Below are positions 40,613 through 54,644 of a stretch of DNA of 64,000 nt, in pieces. Source of the stretch: Octopus vulgaris (taxonomy: Eukaryota); contig OX597828.1 in NCBI GenBank assembly GCA_951406725.2, positions 57,536,001 through 57,600,000 on the forward strand, written 5' to 3'. The number at the start of each line of letters is the position of its first letter. The stretch's first letter is position 1. Below the pieces are notes generated by a model. The model had not been told where the DNA came from. It worked only from the letters and a program-made list of their open reading frames with translations, and did no database searches. The position numbers and the translations under genes are program-made.

Positions 40613-41241
40613 GTTTACTCGGTGTATGTGTATATGTATGTCTGCATGTGTGTGTGTATGTGTGTGTGTGTGTGTGTGTAAGTATGTGTAAAAAATTACA
40701 TTGAATCGGCCATACATACATACATACATACACATACACAGATACATACACACATACATTCAGGCATATACACATACACCGAGTAAAAAATTTCAGTTAT
40801 CTCTCTCTTTCACACATTACTCTCTCTGTCTCTTCACACACACTAACAGAAGCACTTCACTTACACAACATACTGTCTCCCACACCCCATCAAACACACA
40901 CACACACACATGTACATCAATGCTTCCCCTAGACGGTAACTTCAAAGACAAACTTTTGTTATTAGAAGGTGGCTGACTATAGCTTGTTTACATTTAAGAT
41001 GTTTAATACGTCACGAAATTGGTGGTCGAGACGGAGTAAATAAAATAAAGCCGAATGACGGAATATCATTGGTTAAAATTCTAATTATTAAACAACGTTA
41101 AACTTAGAAGTTACAATTCCGTTTTCATTCTGGTTTACAATTAAGTTTACTTTTGACACATTCTACCAGTATACGAACTTTCAAATTGTTTGGTTCAGTA
41201 GGAAAAATTTGAAAAAACTGGCTTCAGAATAGAAAAGATCC
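40054..41241. mobile_element. Non-autonomous DNA transposon with long degenerate TIRs and 8-bp TSD
   Basis: Ends ggatcttttc / gaaaagatcc; TSD ggcaatta at 40046-40053 and 41242-41249; internal inverted blocks (aatttgaaa..; aattttaaccaatga). Confidence 0.75.
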
Positions 41242-41309
41242 GGCAATTATCTTACATCTTTTTTCAATTTGCTTAACAATATAGTTTGTGTTGATCTATT
41301 GATCTATAG

Positions 41310-41600
41310 GTGGAGGCACATGGCCTAGTGGTTAGAGCAGCGGAAATCGCGGGTACGAATCTCAGACCGGGCGATATGTGTGTATATGAGCGCAAAAACC
41401 TAAGCTCCACGCGGTACCGGCAGAAGGTAATGGCAAAATTCTGCTGACTCTTTTGCCACAACTTTCTCTCGGTCTTTCCACCTGTATTTTGCAGCTCACC
41501 TGCGACGGACCGGCGTCCCGTTCAGGTGGGGAACCTACACGCCAAGGAAACCGGAAAACCGGCCCTTATGAGCCAGACATGGCTCAAGAAGGAACAAACA
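41310..41600 (+). mobile_element. SINE family B with 12-bp TSD
   Basis: TSD attgatctatag at 41298-41309 and 41601-41612. Confidence 0.92.
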
Positions 41601-41887
41601 ATTGATCTATAGAGTTAATGATTTTCCTCCCACTTATTTTCACGAAAATCATGTTTTCAAACTTATTGATATTCAAAGGGGATCTAAAACGTGTTTTACA
41701 TCATTCATAATCAGTGATATTATTATTTTCATTTAGGGTTTTTACTCTTTGTAGAAATATCAACTTAGATAATCAACACATAGCTTGATATATCAATGAG
41801 CGTTTCTTCAACATATGATGGATCAACAATATATCAATTAGGTGGAAGTGTTTTTGTTGATGGATTTCTTTTTCTCTATATACTTAC

Positions 41888-41907
41888 TGCTTGAATTGGA
41901 GTAAGCG
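41888..41907 (-). CDS. Candidate 20-nt micro-exon
   Basis: Acceptor cttttgtttcggtgtcatctag, donor gtaagt; keeps both frames of the downstream exons open. Confidence 0.3.
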
Positions 41908-42776
41908 CTAGATGACACCGAAACAAAAGTTGATTCTTCATTCTTTTGATTGATTACAAGATTAATCCTTCTTACGATGCCATACATGTTTCCAATTCTC
42001 TTGACAAACGTGGGTGGAATTAATATTTTCCACCTTGTATTATTTTTTCTTTACTAATGATGATGGATGAAAATAATACGACAGGGAGATTGGAATTCAG
42101 ATTGTTGAATGAGAAAACTAAATGCAGTAAAGCATTTCATCGTGAGCTTTGCCCGATTAATTCCAGCTGATCACACTAAGAGTAGTTTTATTTCTAAATT
42201 TGAGGACTTCTTTGAGGATGTTATTAAACTGTATCCGGTAGTGGGGCTCTTGTTCGAGTATTCTAGGGTCTTGAGGAGTGTGGGAATACCTATTAGCCAT
42301 TTTTGTTCCCAGGTCTACCCTGACCCAAGGCTGTAGTACCTATTGGGGTCCCATCTTTGCGGTAAATAACATATAACCACCCGAGACATAATACGTTGAT
42401 ATAATGAGCTACAGCATGGTAGAAGTATTTCGGCAGATTAACTTTTTGACTCAATGAGAAATACTACTATATGCTCAGCAGATGAACAGTCAACAAACGG
42501 TCGTCAGCGAGGATCAACAGTTCAGTTAGTGCCCTATTTATATTATCTGCAATCGTAGTTGGCGCAGATGAGATATATTAGCGAGCGAAAACGCCTATGT
42601 GACAGGCCAAGCATGCATGTCTCACCGCTTGATCGTACGAGCGAGTCGCTAGAAAGAATGATGATGATTAAACGTGAAATATAGAATTCTGTTACTTACA
42701 CACAACCAGAAATGTTGCTGCGTTATATGAAATTAAATACTGATAATTAACTTGAACCTATTTCATTTGATCACGA

Positions 42777-42968
42777 ATGTTGGTTCCAAATATTGGCACA
42801 AGGCCAACAACCTCTGGGAAAAAGGGTAAGTCGATTACATCGACCCCAGTTCTCAATTTCATCGACTCCGAAAGGATGAGAGGTAAAGTCGACCTCGGTG
42901 GATTATTGAGCTCAAAACGTAAAGACGAGCGAACTTGGCGTGCTAACGACGATTCTGCCAGCTCACCG
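42777..42968 (-). mobile_element. SINE family C (older subfamily)
   Basis: cgactccgaaaggatgagaggtaaagtcgacctcgg..ctgccagctcacc. Confidence 0.8.
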
Positions 42969-43782
42969 ATTTCTTCGATCCTAGAATATTAAAAAATGGA
43001 GTTGACTTTGATATTATTTTGAATCAGAACCAACAGACGTTGAACTAAATAGTCTATTTAAAGTTCCCAGTGTTGATATTATTTTGATATTCATTGATGA
43101 GTTTGAAAATATTAAACATAAATAACGTAGGAAGATAAAAACTTAATATTCATGTACCATCAAAAGATTTATAGTTTGTGAGTGATTTTATGTTTTTCTA
43201 CATCCTAACTTTTCCAAAGGATATTTTTGGCTTCGGTTTGGAAAATAGAAGAAGGAAATAAGAAAGAATAAATGGTTTGAGGAATACCTTAGAATAAAAA
43301 CGATAACGAAAGAATTAATAAAAAAAGCGATAGAATATTAGGCTTTTATATAAAATTTGCTTCTATTTATGAAGAATAAATGAGTCAAGAAAAATAAAGT
43401 CCCACAATAAAAAGGAATATATTAAACAAAATACAAAAGGGAATATGAAGTGTTGCTATGGAGTTTAATCTCGAATAAATTTCTTAGTATATTTAGCAGC
43501 AAATATGTGTGCTCTAAACAAATAATTTAATATCCTACAATAGGAGATACGTGACATGTTTTCAATAGAGCTACTTACGCCATTGATAAGGTTATGAAAG
43601 TCGTTCAACTTTATTTTACACTGGACGAGTATCAGACATGTTTTATGTGGCATTAATTCATAATTACGATTTCTAAATATGTTATTCATACAGTTTATGG
43701 AATCGATCCTGTTATTTGAATTGTACTCATTTTCTAGATGCTGGATGAATCAATCAAATTCAAATGAATCACATTCAACCCC

Positions 43783-43813
<31 letters not shown>

Positions 43814-44412
43814 TTGTATGTGTGTGTTATGTGTAAGCAAACATCTATATATCTATGTATATAAGCAGTTTTATATATATATATACATACATACATACAT
43901 ACATACATATACAAGTAAATGCCAGGTCACTGTTAGTGCTACTAGGCTACTGGTAACATGAAATCCAGTTTAGCCTGTCGTATGAGCAGGCTATCGACGA
44001 CTAAACGGACGATCCTGCCAAGCTTGCTGGTTAAGGAAGATAGTTTTTTTGTTGATGGTATTTACTGAGCTAGATTTCAGTCTCTTAAATCCGAAACGAT
44101 TCAACGTACTCACTTCTGTTAAATTGTTGTGAGAAATCTTGACTTTTGTGTGTATTTCATTGACAATGCTCTAATTAATTGTATATAATTAAACTCCATT
44201 CGTAACCAATCTCGTCTGTAAATTGGCGTTGATTTCTACTTAAAACATTTGAGCCGTTTGTGAATCTGTAACATATTAGGATACAAAATATCAAATTTTG
44301 CAGTACGATGGCGCTACAAAATTTGCCTTTCAGAAACTAATTTTTAAAAAATGCTCCCGTTCCGGCAATTGTGTTAATCGCAGTTCAAATTTGATCGGGT
44401 AAATATTTAACC

Positions 44413-44599
44413 AGGAGTGGCTGTGTGGCTGTGTGGTAAGTAGCTTGCTAACCAGCCACATGGTTCCGGGTTCAGTCCCACTGCGTGGCACTTTGGGCAA
44501 GTGTCTTCTACTATAGCCTCGGGCCGACCAATACTTTGTGAGTGGATTTGGTAGACGGAAACTGAAAGAAGCCTGTCGTATATATCTATATATATATAG

Positions 44600-44676
<77 letters not shown>

Positions 44677-44930
44677 TGAGTGTTTGTGTGTCTGTTTTTC
44701 TCCCCCTAGCATTGCTTGACAACCGATGCTGGTGTGCTTATGTCCCCGTTACTTAGCGGTTCGGCAAAAAGAGACCGATAGAATAAGTACTGGGCTTACA
44801 AAGAATAAGTACTGGGCTTACAAAGAATAAGTCCCGGTGTCGAGTTGCTCGAATAATGGCGGTGCTCCAGTATGGCCGCAGTCAAATAACTGAAACAATT
44901 AAAAGAGTAAAAGAGAAAAAAATAAAAGAG
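44413..44930 (+). mobile_element. Full SINE family A with short internal tandem duplications
   Basis: Complete structure; duplicated gtggctgt and gaataagtactgggcttacaaa. Confidence 0.92.
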
Positions 44931-46486
44931 AGAAACCGAAGTAATGGATCGCGAATGGCTTTCCAGCTGTAATTATTCCTTTATGTTATATATCTAGAAA
45001 CAAATTGATACATCTCCGTTAGTTTTGACGATGGTGATTCAGTCATTCCATCCCCCGAATCACATTGAAACATTATCTGAGGAGCAAAACATTTCACAGA
45101 CACCGTTAAAGGTAATCTTGGGGGTGAATCTGCGTGACAGGATATGACGAGTCTGAATCTTTGAATTAAAGATAAATTACATCAGACGAGACATCCCTCT
45201 GTTTTTCTCTACTCAATATCCATCACAAGCTTCGATCGATTCCAGGATATATAAAAAATATATTCCACCAATCCACTGAATTTGGACATACCATCTTGTG
45301 ATAGCAAAGTCTGATTCGCCATAAAATGATTATTTGTATATCCATATTGACAGTGTCCGATGTGGTGTTTCTTTTTAAGAGAGTATCGCTGGTTATGAGT
45401 TAGATTAGGCACCTGCATCTAACAGATCGCTAAGAGAATCTATATTTACGGTGTTTAACGAGAATAGTTTACAGTCGATATCTTTCATGTATTCATCAAA
45501 CTAAATCATGTAAACTCAGTTTTATAATCGTTCTGGCTCATGTTTAGTTTGCTTTAATATTTAACTTCGACATTAAATTAATCTGCGTGTTAGTTGTATA
45601 CAACATGCATAAAACGTCGTCCAAACAGAATTATATTACTGCAGTAATTTTGTAACATAAATGTTAACCATTCTCAGCTACAGAGTAATATAAAACCGGA
45701 ATCCTTACGTCTCTTATTTTTCTCTTGTTATATAATTATTTTGTTTTTTGTTGGGGTTTTTTTTTTGCTTTTGGAAATAACCAATGTTGTTAAGAATCAG
45801 TGATCTTTGCATGTGAAATGTACATATTTTCTGATAGATATTATTAAAATGATAAATTTTCTATCGCATACTCTCATGACATTCGTAAGTGTTTCCGGCT
45901 GGACACAAAAATGATCAATAAAATATATTGGTCTTCTAAAAATACTTTAGGTGCTTAGGATATGATGGCTTAAATAACATTTTTTGTACCAATAATAAAA
46001 ATACAAAACCAAACAACGACCGTCTTTACATTTCCCTTCTATTTACTACATTTCAGATAGTCAAGTTTAGTAGCCAATGCTGCCTTTCCTTAACGTAAAC
46101 CAATACCTGCAAATTAAACTTCACTGCTGCTTTTTTGCACGCAATTCACCGTATCATTTTGCACAATATCCCAATCCGCAATATATTAGTAGGAAGAAAA
46201 AATACAGTTTTCTAATAATAATAAAAAAAACGACATATATACTTGTCGAATTTATACAGGAAATTTCGATATTTTCATGCCATTAAAACAGTTTCTATTC
46301 CGCTTATATTTGTCAATTGATACATAAAATATGATACAAATACGAAAACTACATGATCCGTTATTTATTTATTTATTCAGTGGATAATTATATACATCAT
46401 GTTTTTTCTAGAAAAGATAGTTTCGAAACTTTCTCCCTCTACGATACGTTAAATATAGCAGTAAATTCGTTGTAGATCACCATCAA

Positions 46487-46583
<97 letters not shown>

Positions 46584-47229
46584 ATATATACATATATATA
46601 CATATATAACATGCATATATATGTATATATATATACAAACATATACACATAGACACAAACACACACACATTCACACACAAATACATATATATATATATAT
46701 ACAAAGTAAGATAGGGGTTATGGGTGTAACCCACTAAGGGATACTATTTATCCAATATACTGTTGGTAAACTACCCAGCTTCTTAATACATAAATGTTTT
46801 TAATTGCAATTCAATTAACTCATTTATTGTATTAAACGGGTGAAGGTAAAGAAATATTTTTACCGTAAATTTATAATACAAATCAGAAAATGGAGAATAT
46901 TTTATATATATTAAATAATACGTGTATCATGTTTAATATATTAATGTTAATATTTTTAAAGTTCCTTTTAAACCTCTGACGAGGTCTATGGTTACATACA
47001 TAAGTACTCTATTTTTAAATGCCTACAACTTCGTTATGATGACAACTATGGAGATAAAAGGGTTCATAGGACTGTAAAAAAAGAAGTGTTCAAATGAAAT
47101 TGAGACAGAGAAATAAAAACTTTGATTATAGAACAAACATCAAATTCGAGTCAACGACTTTATATAACAGCACGCCTCCATACATTTGATCATATATAAA
47201 TATTAGCATGGCCTTCAACTTATAAAAAG

Positions 47230-47276
<47 letters not shown>

Positions 47277-47308
47277 TTTTACCATCTCTGTCTTTATATA
47301 TATATATA

Positions 47309-47407
<99 letters not shown>

Positions 47408-47409
47408 GC

Positions 47410-47555
47410 TCGTAACTTATTGGTTCAGAAAAAGAGAAAGATAAAATAAGTACTAAACCTTAAAAAATAAGTCCTGGGGTCGATTCATTCGACTAAAACC
47501 ACCCTTCAAGACAGCGCTCCAGTATGGGTGCAGTCGACTGAAAAAGTAAAAGAAT
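47410..47555 (+). mobile_element. SINE family A 3' half, degenerate
   Basis: aataagtcctggggtcgattcattcgactaaa..gctccagtatgg. Confidence 0.75.
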
Positions 47556-48108
47556 AAAGAAAATTATACGTGTGTTTGTGTTTCTATATGTGTGTGTGTG
47601 TGAGTGTGTGTGTGTGTGTGTGTGTATGTGTGTCGTTATTATAATAGTTATAAAGTACCACATTAGATGTATATAGACACTGCTCATTAATCAGGTTTCT
47701 GTGCACTTCTTCGTACAGCTTCGTAATCGTTCACTTGCTTGATGGATCACGCAATTAGAAGTTTACGAATAAGTTGTTGAAATACATGTCAATGTAAGAA
47801 ACCTCGCAAATTCTATAGGTTTTCAGATATTTATGGAAGCAATTAAGAAGATTGAAACTTTACTTTTACGGCATCGTATTAAAGTTGATTTCACTTGATA
47901 GTAATGTTATCATTGAACGAGCTATATTTCTCATAAGAGTGGTTACGCAATTCGCATCTCAGCCAAGAGTATCCAAGTCCAATGCGCGATAACATTCGCA
48001 ATGCACAGTAACATTCTACTATAGCGCCATGAGAGAATTTCGTAGATATTAACTATGTGGAAGCCCTTCACATGCACATAGATATATAAACACACACACA
48101 CACACACA

Positions 48109-48143
<35 letters not shown>

Positions 48144-48145
48144 GA

Positions 48146-48333
48146 ACAAAACGCCCCCCGTCCAATGGGCGGTGCTGAGTTGTCAAACATTTAAACAAAA
48201 TTTTCTCAAACCAACTTGTCCGACAGTCCCATATGCTTCCCCTTAAAGAAACACTGATTTAACCTAAATTTGAGACACCAGGAAAAGAAGAAATAAAGAT
48301 AGACTTTCTTTCTATTCCAAAGAAAAACGATTT
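48146..48333 (-). mobile_element. Inverted partial copy of the element at 52381-52770
   Basis: Reverse complement of 52381-52565 (gtgctgagttgtcaaacatttaaac..taacctaaatttgagacacca..aaagaagaaataaagatagac). Confidence 0.8.
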
Positions 48334-48334
48334 C

Positions 48335-48476
48335 CCACGGCTTTATCGATTGCATTCTCACCTGGAATTGATTTTTGTAATTTTTTCAAGAGCGCAATCG
48401 GAAGGAGGATGCCCGAGATCCTAGAAGACACACAGACAGACAGACAGACAGACAGAACGGATTTTATGCAATAGAT
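48335..48476 (-). mobile_element. Helitron-like 5' fragment
   Basis: Minus strand begins tctattgcataaaatccgttctgtctgtctgtctg (TC start plus CTGT microsatellite). Confidence 0.55.
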
Positions 48477-49633
48477 ATATATTCGTGTGTTTGTATGTGT
48501 ATATGTGTATATTTCTTGTTCGTGTTTGTCCACTCGCACCACCGTTTAGTTTGTTTACACCCCCATAAATCAGTGGCTCGCCAAAAGATTTCAACAGAAT
48601 AAATACCAAATCCTGGAGCGAAATTAGTGCGATTAAACCATTGAAGACAGTGACCAGCAGGGTTGCACCCAATGACTGAAACATGTAACAGAGAAAGAAA
48701 GAAAAGATATGTGTGAGTGTGTATGAATTTCATACACGAACTTCTGTTTGTTTATTATATGACAATAATTAATGAGCTCTATATGTTATTTTATATATCA
48801 ATACAGTAAAAACAATTATATTATACGTTTCATTTAAATAGGTAATTTAGAAATTCTGAATGCAATGATAGTAATGGCAAGTAAGGTTATTGAAGAATTC
48901 ATGCTGCATTAAGAGTGAGTATTTCTTTATAAACAATAATTTTCGTTTTATTTCGGTGTGCATAGGCAAAACGATTTGCGTTAGGCACCACATGCGATGC
49001 TTCTACATAAACTTGGCCATGTAAAATGCATGGTTCTTAAAAACATGTAATAATTGAAGAAGGAGAATTGAACGATTTAGTTTCAACGTGAATGAAGGTA
49101 AAAAATAGCTATATCATATAGAAGAATGCAGGTGACTGTGCGATAGCACTGAAAGGCCACAGGTCAAGAGGAGAACCGATTTGTCACGGTTTGTTTTGAT
49201 ATTTGAAAAGGGCGTATGGCCAAGGGGAAGTGCAAGATTCAGTTTCGAATCTGAACCAAGGTGAGACTATCCCTACAGATTTAGATTTACTCCTCCTGTA
49301 TGTGTGTATTTTATAAGAGGAAACATGTAATAATCGAAGTATAAAAAAAAGATCGGTGTCATACACATTAAGTCATTCAATTATTCATGTTGCATTAGGA
49401 GTGAATATTTCTTTATTAACAATGTTTTTTGTTTTATTACGGTGTACATAAGCAAACGGACTTGTTTTTGTTCCCGCATGTGAATTTCCTACATGAAGTA
49501 GGTCATGTAAAAAGCATGGTTCTTCAAGTTGCAAGCCAGAACTTCGATTTTATATATTCAGAAAAGCATAATAGCTCTTCTCCTAAACCATTTATTTTCA
49601 TTTTACTGGACAAAAGATCAGAGAGAACCTCTT

Positions 49634-49690
<57 letters not shown>

Positions 49691-49714
49691 GTGTTAGATT
49701 GACAGTATACAACC

Positions 49715-49785
<71 letters not shown>

Positions 49786-50378
49786 TTCATATAAATAGAA
49801 GACTGCAATTCTTAGACAGAGCAGTCCTATCAAATAACTATATTTTTTTGTTAGCTTTCATTGCAGTGAAATCTAATTTAACGTCGTAAAATGCCTAAAA
49901 GTTAAAAATTAATTCACTAAACTTATGAATTTTATTTTCCGCTACTATATTATCTACGAACTCGCTCATTTCATAGATATCCAGATATTCCCTTTGGTAT
50001 TGAGCAAATAAGGAATATTGCGTGACTACTAATTTCTTATCAATCTTCGAAGTATAATGGAATTGTCTAGAATGTTTTTTGCCAAAGTGACGAATTACTA
50101 TTCATCAATTTCACAAAGCGTCAGAAATAGAATGCATTTGTTATTTTTTTCCAAATCAAATGAGTGCATCATTGATTGATTAGACTTATTGACTGCTGAA
50201 TATTATATTCAAATTATATCCATTATACAATTCACTTGCATGCTATGCCGCTAGAATATATACTTCACTGACGCAAAATTCAGCCCCCAACGGCATTCAT
50301 CTGTAACTCCAAATCATATATGCAACTATGTATGTGTGTAACTATGCGTGTCTGCGTGTGTGCGTGTATGCATGTATA

Positions 50379-50460
<82 letters not shown>

Positions 50461-50462
50461 TA

Positions 50463-51665
50463 TTGGGTTGGCAAGAAAGTAATTTCATTTTCGCAAACAG
50501 AGTTACGATTCATTTTATGACATTTGTGAATATTATGATTTTTCCCTTTTGACATTTAATAGCCGTTACTTTTAGCTTACTTTAGCGGCGAGGTGCGCGT
50601 AATTTTGTTTACAGCTGTTAGTTCATTGTCAATTTTACCCATGGAGTGCAAAACGAACATTTTCGCCATATTTTACATTTTTATTTCCGTAACATTTACG
50701 ATGATGATTGCTTAAGAGAACCCATATGTTTGAAACGGTTTTAAAAATTCTGTTCCGGAGATTTTGCACTCAAAGTTGACCAACGTTCTGGTTGACCTAC
50801 TGAAATTGATGATGACTAAATCAAAGCCATAATTGAGTCTGATTGTCATATAAGTTCTCGAGAGATTGCAGAAAGCTTATATATATCACACACAAGAATT
50901 GAAAATCACTTAAAATGTCTTGGACTCGTTAAGGAACTCGATATTTGAGTTCCACATAAATTGTAATAGATTCACTTCACACAACAAACCAATATTTGCG
51001 ATATGCATATCAAGCACAATGAAATCTTTTTTGGAAACGAATCATCACTGGTGAGGAAAAATAGATTGTCTCCAATATCATCTATCGAAAACAATCATGG
51101 TCTAAGTGTAATAAACCATCACAAACCACATCTAAAGCTGAATTGCATCAATAAATGTCATGCTGTCAACTTGGTGGGATTACAAAGGTGTTGTTTCTTT
51201 TGAGCTGCTTCCAAGAAACCAAACGATCAATACAGATGTTTATTGTCAACAACAAGTAAAATGGAGGAAGCAATCAAAGAAAACGGCCAGAATTGACAAA
51301 TCGTAAAGGAATCGTGTTGCACCATGACAATGCTAGACCACTCACGAATATGTTAACTCTTGAATAATTATTGGAGCCTGTTTGGGAAGTGATGTCACAT
51401 CAAATATATATCCCTGAACTTGCACTATCAGATTACCTTTTCCTTCGAAGTTTGCAAAATTCTTTGAATGGTAAAAATATTCAGTTTTTGGCTGATAAGG
51501 ACCAGAAATTCTATGAGCGCGGAAACATGAAGTTGCCAGAAAAATGGCAAAAGATCATCGAACAAAATGGAAAAATATATATTTGATTAAAGCTCATTCT
51601 TTGTATGAAAAATAAAGATTTTTATTTCACACTAAATAACCGAAAGTAGTTTGTTGCTAACCCAA
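50463..51665 (+). mobile_element. Mariner transposon (mellifera-subfamily-like TIR), defective
   Basis: TIRs ttgggttggcaa / ttgctaacccaa with TA flanks. Transposase remnants EHFRHIL, ITGEEK, LSTWWDYKGVVSFELLPRNQTINTDVYCQQ, HHDNARP, PELALSDY. Confidence 0.93.
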
Positions 51666-51673
51666 TACACGCA

Positions 51674-51732
<59 letters not shown>

Positions 51733-51736
51733 AACA

Positions 51737-51800
<64 letters not shown>

Positions 51801-52380
51801 CATAGAGTTGGCCAAAGGTCACCTGACAGTAAATCAAAACCCATTCAATTCCAAGATTTAAAAAAAAACTCATTCGTTTTAATAGACAAATATTGAAAGA
51901 GAAACGTTGATTTTAACTCACGCCATTTAATTATTAAACAATCATAATTAGAGTGAATATATATTGGAGCGGATTAAAAGTATTTATCGAATATTGATTT
52001 ACTGTTGGCTGACATTTTAGCAATCCTGTATATATATATGCATGAATAGACTGTTTGAATACAGATATTGTATATTGAGAAAAAGGAGGCTGTCAGAGTT
52101 TTAGATAATTCATTATAGCGCTTTCGTTCATTTTTTATGTGTATGTGTGTGCGTGTGTATTTGTGTGTTTGAGCGTGTGAGTGTGTGCGTGTGCACGCAT
52201 GTTCGAGCGCGCGTGTGTCTGTGTGTGAACGTTCATGCAGGTATATTATGTGTGTATGTTTCTCTTATATTCTTTTTTTATTACCATCAGAGAAAGAATA
52301 AACCAGTTTCTTGTCCAGAAAGTCAACAGCCTTATCATTGCTGGTGCTTTAAACTCTTTGGTTGCATATTTGTGTGAATA

Positions 52381-52764
52381 AAATCGTTTTTCTTTGGAGT
52401 AGAAAAAATGTCTATCTTTATTTCTTCTTTTGCTGGTGTCTCAAATTTAGGTTAAATCAGGGTTTCTCAAAGGCAAATCCTATGGGACGGTCGGACAAGT
52501 TGTTTTGAGAAAATTTGGTTTAAATGTTTGACAACTCAGCACCCTCCATTTGACGGGGGGCGTTGTGACCGCGTGTGTAGCGTTGGCGATTTTTATTCCT
52601 CTGTCATCCCTTCTCTGGATCTTTCCTTCTCCTATGTTTCCGACGAAGAGCTCCGCTCGAGACGTTAAACCCTCCTTATTTCCTTCTTTCCTGAGCGTCC
52701 AATAATACTATATTTGTTCCACGTCCTCGCGTTGTTGTGTTTTTTTGTGCTTTCTTGTTTGGAT

Positions 52765-52770
<6 letters not shown>
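52381..52770 (+). mobile_element. PLE 3'-terminal fragment with a mutated minimal hammerhead, ending in (TA)n
   Basis: gttt-CCGACGA-a-gagc-tcc-gctc-GAGA-CGT-T-aaac (52636-52670), then a T-rich tail to the TA run. Confidence 0.65.
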
Positions 52771-52816
<46 letters not shown>

Positions 52817-53770
52817 ATATTTGTTTTTAACAAGTGAGCAAATATTTCACACAATGGCATTCTAGCTGCGATATTTCCTTATATTGGGAATTACATTGTC
52901 CAATATATTGTTTTTTTTTCAAAGATTATTCTTTGCGAGGATTTGGTTCTGATTTATAGCAGATTGTGTGACCTTGCAGAAGCTCAAATGTTTGTCTACA
53001 CATCACATATATCTGTAATGGAAGTGGGAAAGAAGCCTTCTGATGTATACTTAATTGATACGGACGACAGAAAGCTTCGTTTAGCCGGTCTCAAATCACT
53101 GACCTCTGTGTTAGCAAGCCAACGCATTCAAATCAGCTGCAAATGAATAAATAGCAATAATTCAATTGGTTTTATATTTCGTTTATAGCGAAATCCTATA
53201 TGCAAGAAGAGATTGAACATTCCAGTTTAATCTCTTTCTACGTTGTTAAAGGCATTAGCAACATAATAAAGAAAACGGATCCGTTTTAATCACAAATGGC
53301 AACACGGAAAGAAAATTTAGACGGATCGTCATCTGAAACTAATTCACTCCGTATTCATTGCTTGTTTCCCGATGAATTGAATAAACAGAACACAATATTA
53401 ATGCTCTTGTTCTATAAACATATTACCAATTCTCTACCACAAACTATCTTTATTGACATTGATTTGTGCAGGTGACGACAGCTTTCAAATAACTGCCCAG
53501 CAAATCAATAAACGATTAAAGCAATTGCTCTTCATTTACGCCTTCTTAACTATTCTCTTTCTTATAAATATATAATCCTTTCTGTGTATGAAACCTTGCT
53601 ACAGATAACGGGATTAGAGCTTATATTGTGTATTGTGTTCTTCTTTTACAAAGAATAGAAAAGTTCGGCTTTATTTTAAATCAGATCGAATCGCTATATA
53701 AAGGCCGTTCTTGATTCGTGACTATGTTTTCATACGTGGTAAATAGTGATTTTAATGAATTTCAGTATAT

Positions 53771-53988
53771 TATTGGTTTCACATTTTGACACAGGGCCAG
53801 TAATATCGGAAGAACGTTTAAGTCGATTACGTCGACCTCAGTGCTCAACTGGTACTTATGTTATCGACCCCGAAAGGATGAAATCCATATCCGACCTCTG
53901 CGGAATTTGAATTCAGAACGTACCGACGGATGAAAAGCCGCCAAGAATGTTCCCGTGTGTGCTAACGATTCTGCCAGCTCGTCGCCTT
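53771..53988 (-). mobile_element. SINE family C (older subfamily)
   Basis: tatcgaccccgaaaggatgaaa..ctgccagctcgtcgcc. Confidence 0.8.
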
Positions 53989-54501
53989 AATTTGAATATA
54001 CTATTGAGACTTATTTAATAAGTTCTGGGAAGTGAAAATATGTCGTCGTGTATTAGTTTGTGAAACTGTTTGAAATTCAAACAGAAAATGTGAAGAAGGC
54101 TACCACTATTGTCATAAAGCATTAACCGAGACTATTTCGCCAGCAGTCATCATTTTCTTACACATATGACTTATGAATAGTTGTTGCAATCATAAGTAAA
54201 AAGTGCGCATAATACTATTGGTTGTCGCACTCACAGTTTACTATCAACACCTACGGAAAATATATTTTCCTGTTATGAATTTTGTCTGCTATTCGTAACA
54301 CGTTAAGGCAACAGTGCAGACATTATCAATGGTTGTTCATATAACACATTGCTGTACACTACATTATACATATTTCTATGGAATCATGTCCTACATTTTT
54401 GGTAAAGACGATATAATGTATCAGACTATAGAGTGTTAGATATACGAATGTACAACACGGCTGGAATACTTTTGCTCTGGGTCAGTGTCTCTTTCTCTCT
54501 G

Positions 54502-54534
<33 letters not shown>

Positions 54535-54584
54535 TTTTGTGTAAATATATATATATATATATATACTCACCGATACACAAACAT

Positions 54585-54642
<58 letters not shown>

Positions 54643-54644
<2 letters not shown>

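Noticed and set aside
44114-45419. Further exon-like segments (about 44114-44170 and 45293-45419) on the minus strand
   Set aside because: Weak acceptors and no consistent phase chain; such sites are expected by chance.
46703-47230. TA-flanked block with CTGACGA (about 46977) and ctacccag as a possible hammerhead element
   Set aside because: No closing stem II plus GAAA-NUH found; it may be a PLE fragment but cannot be supported.
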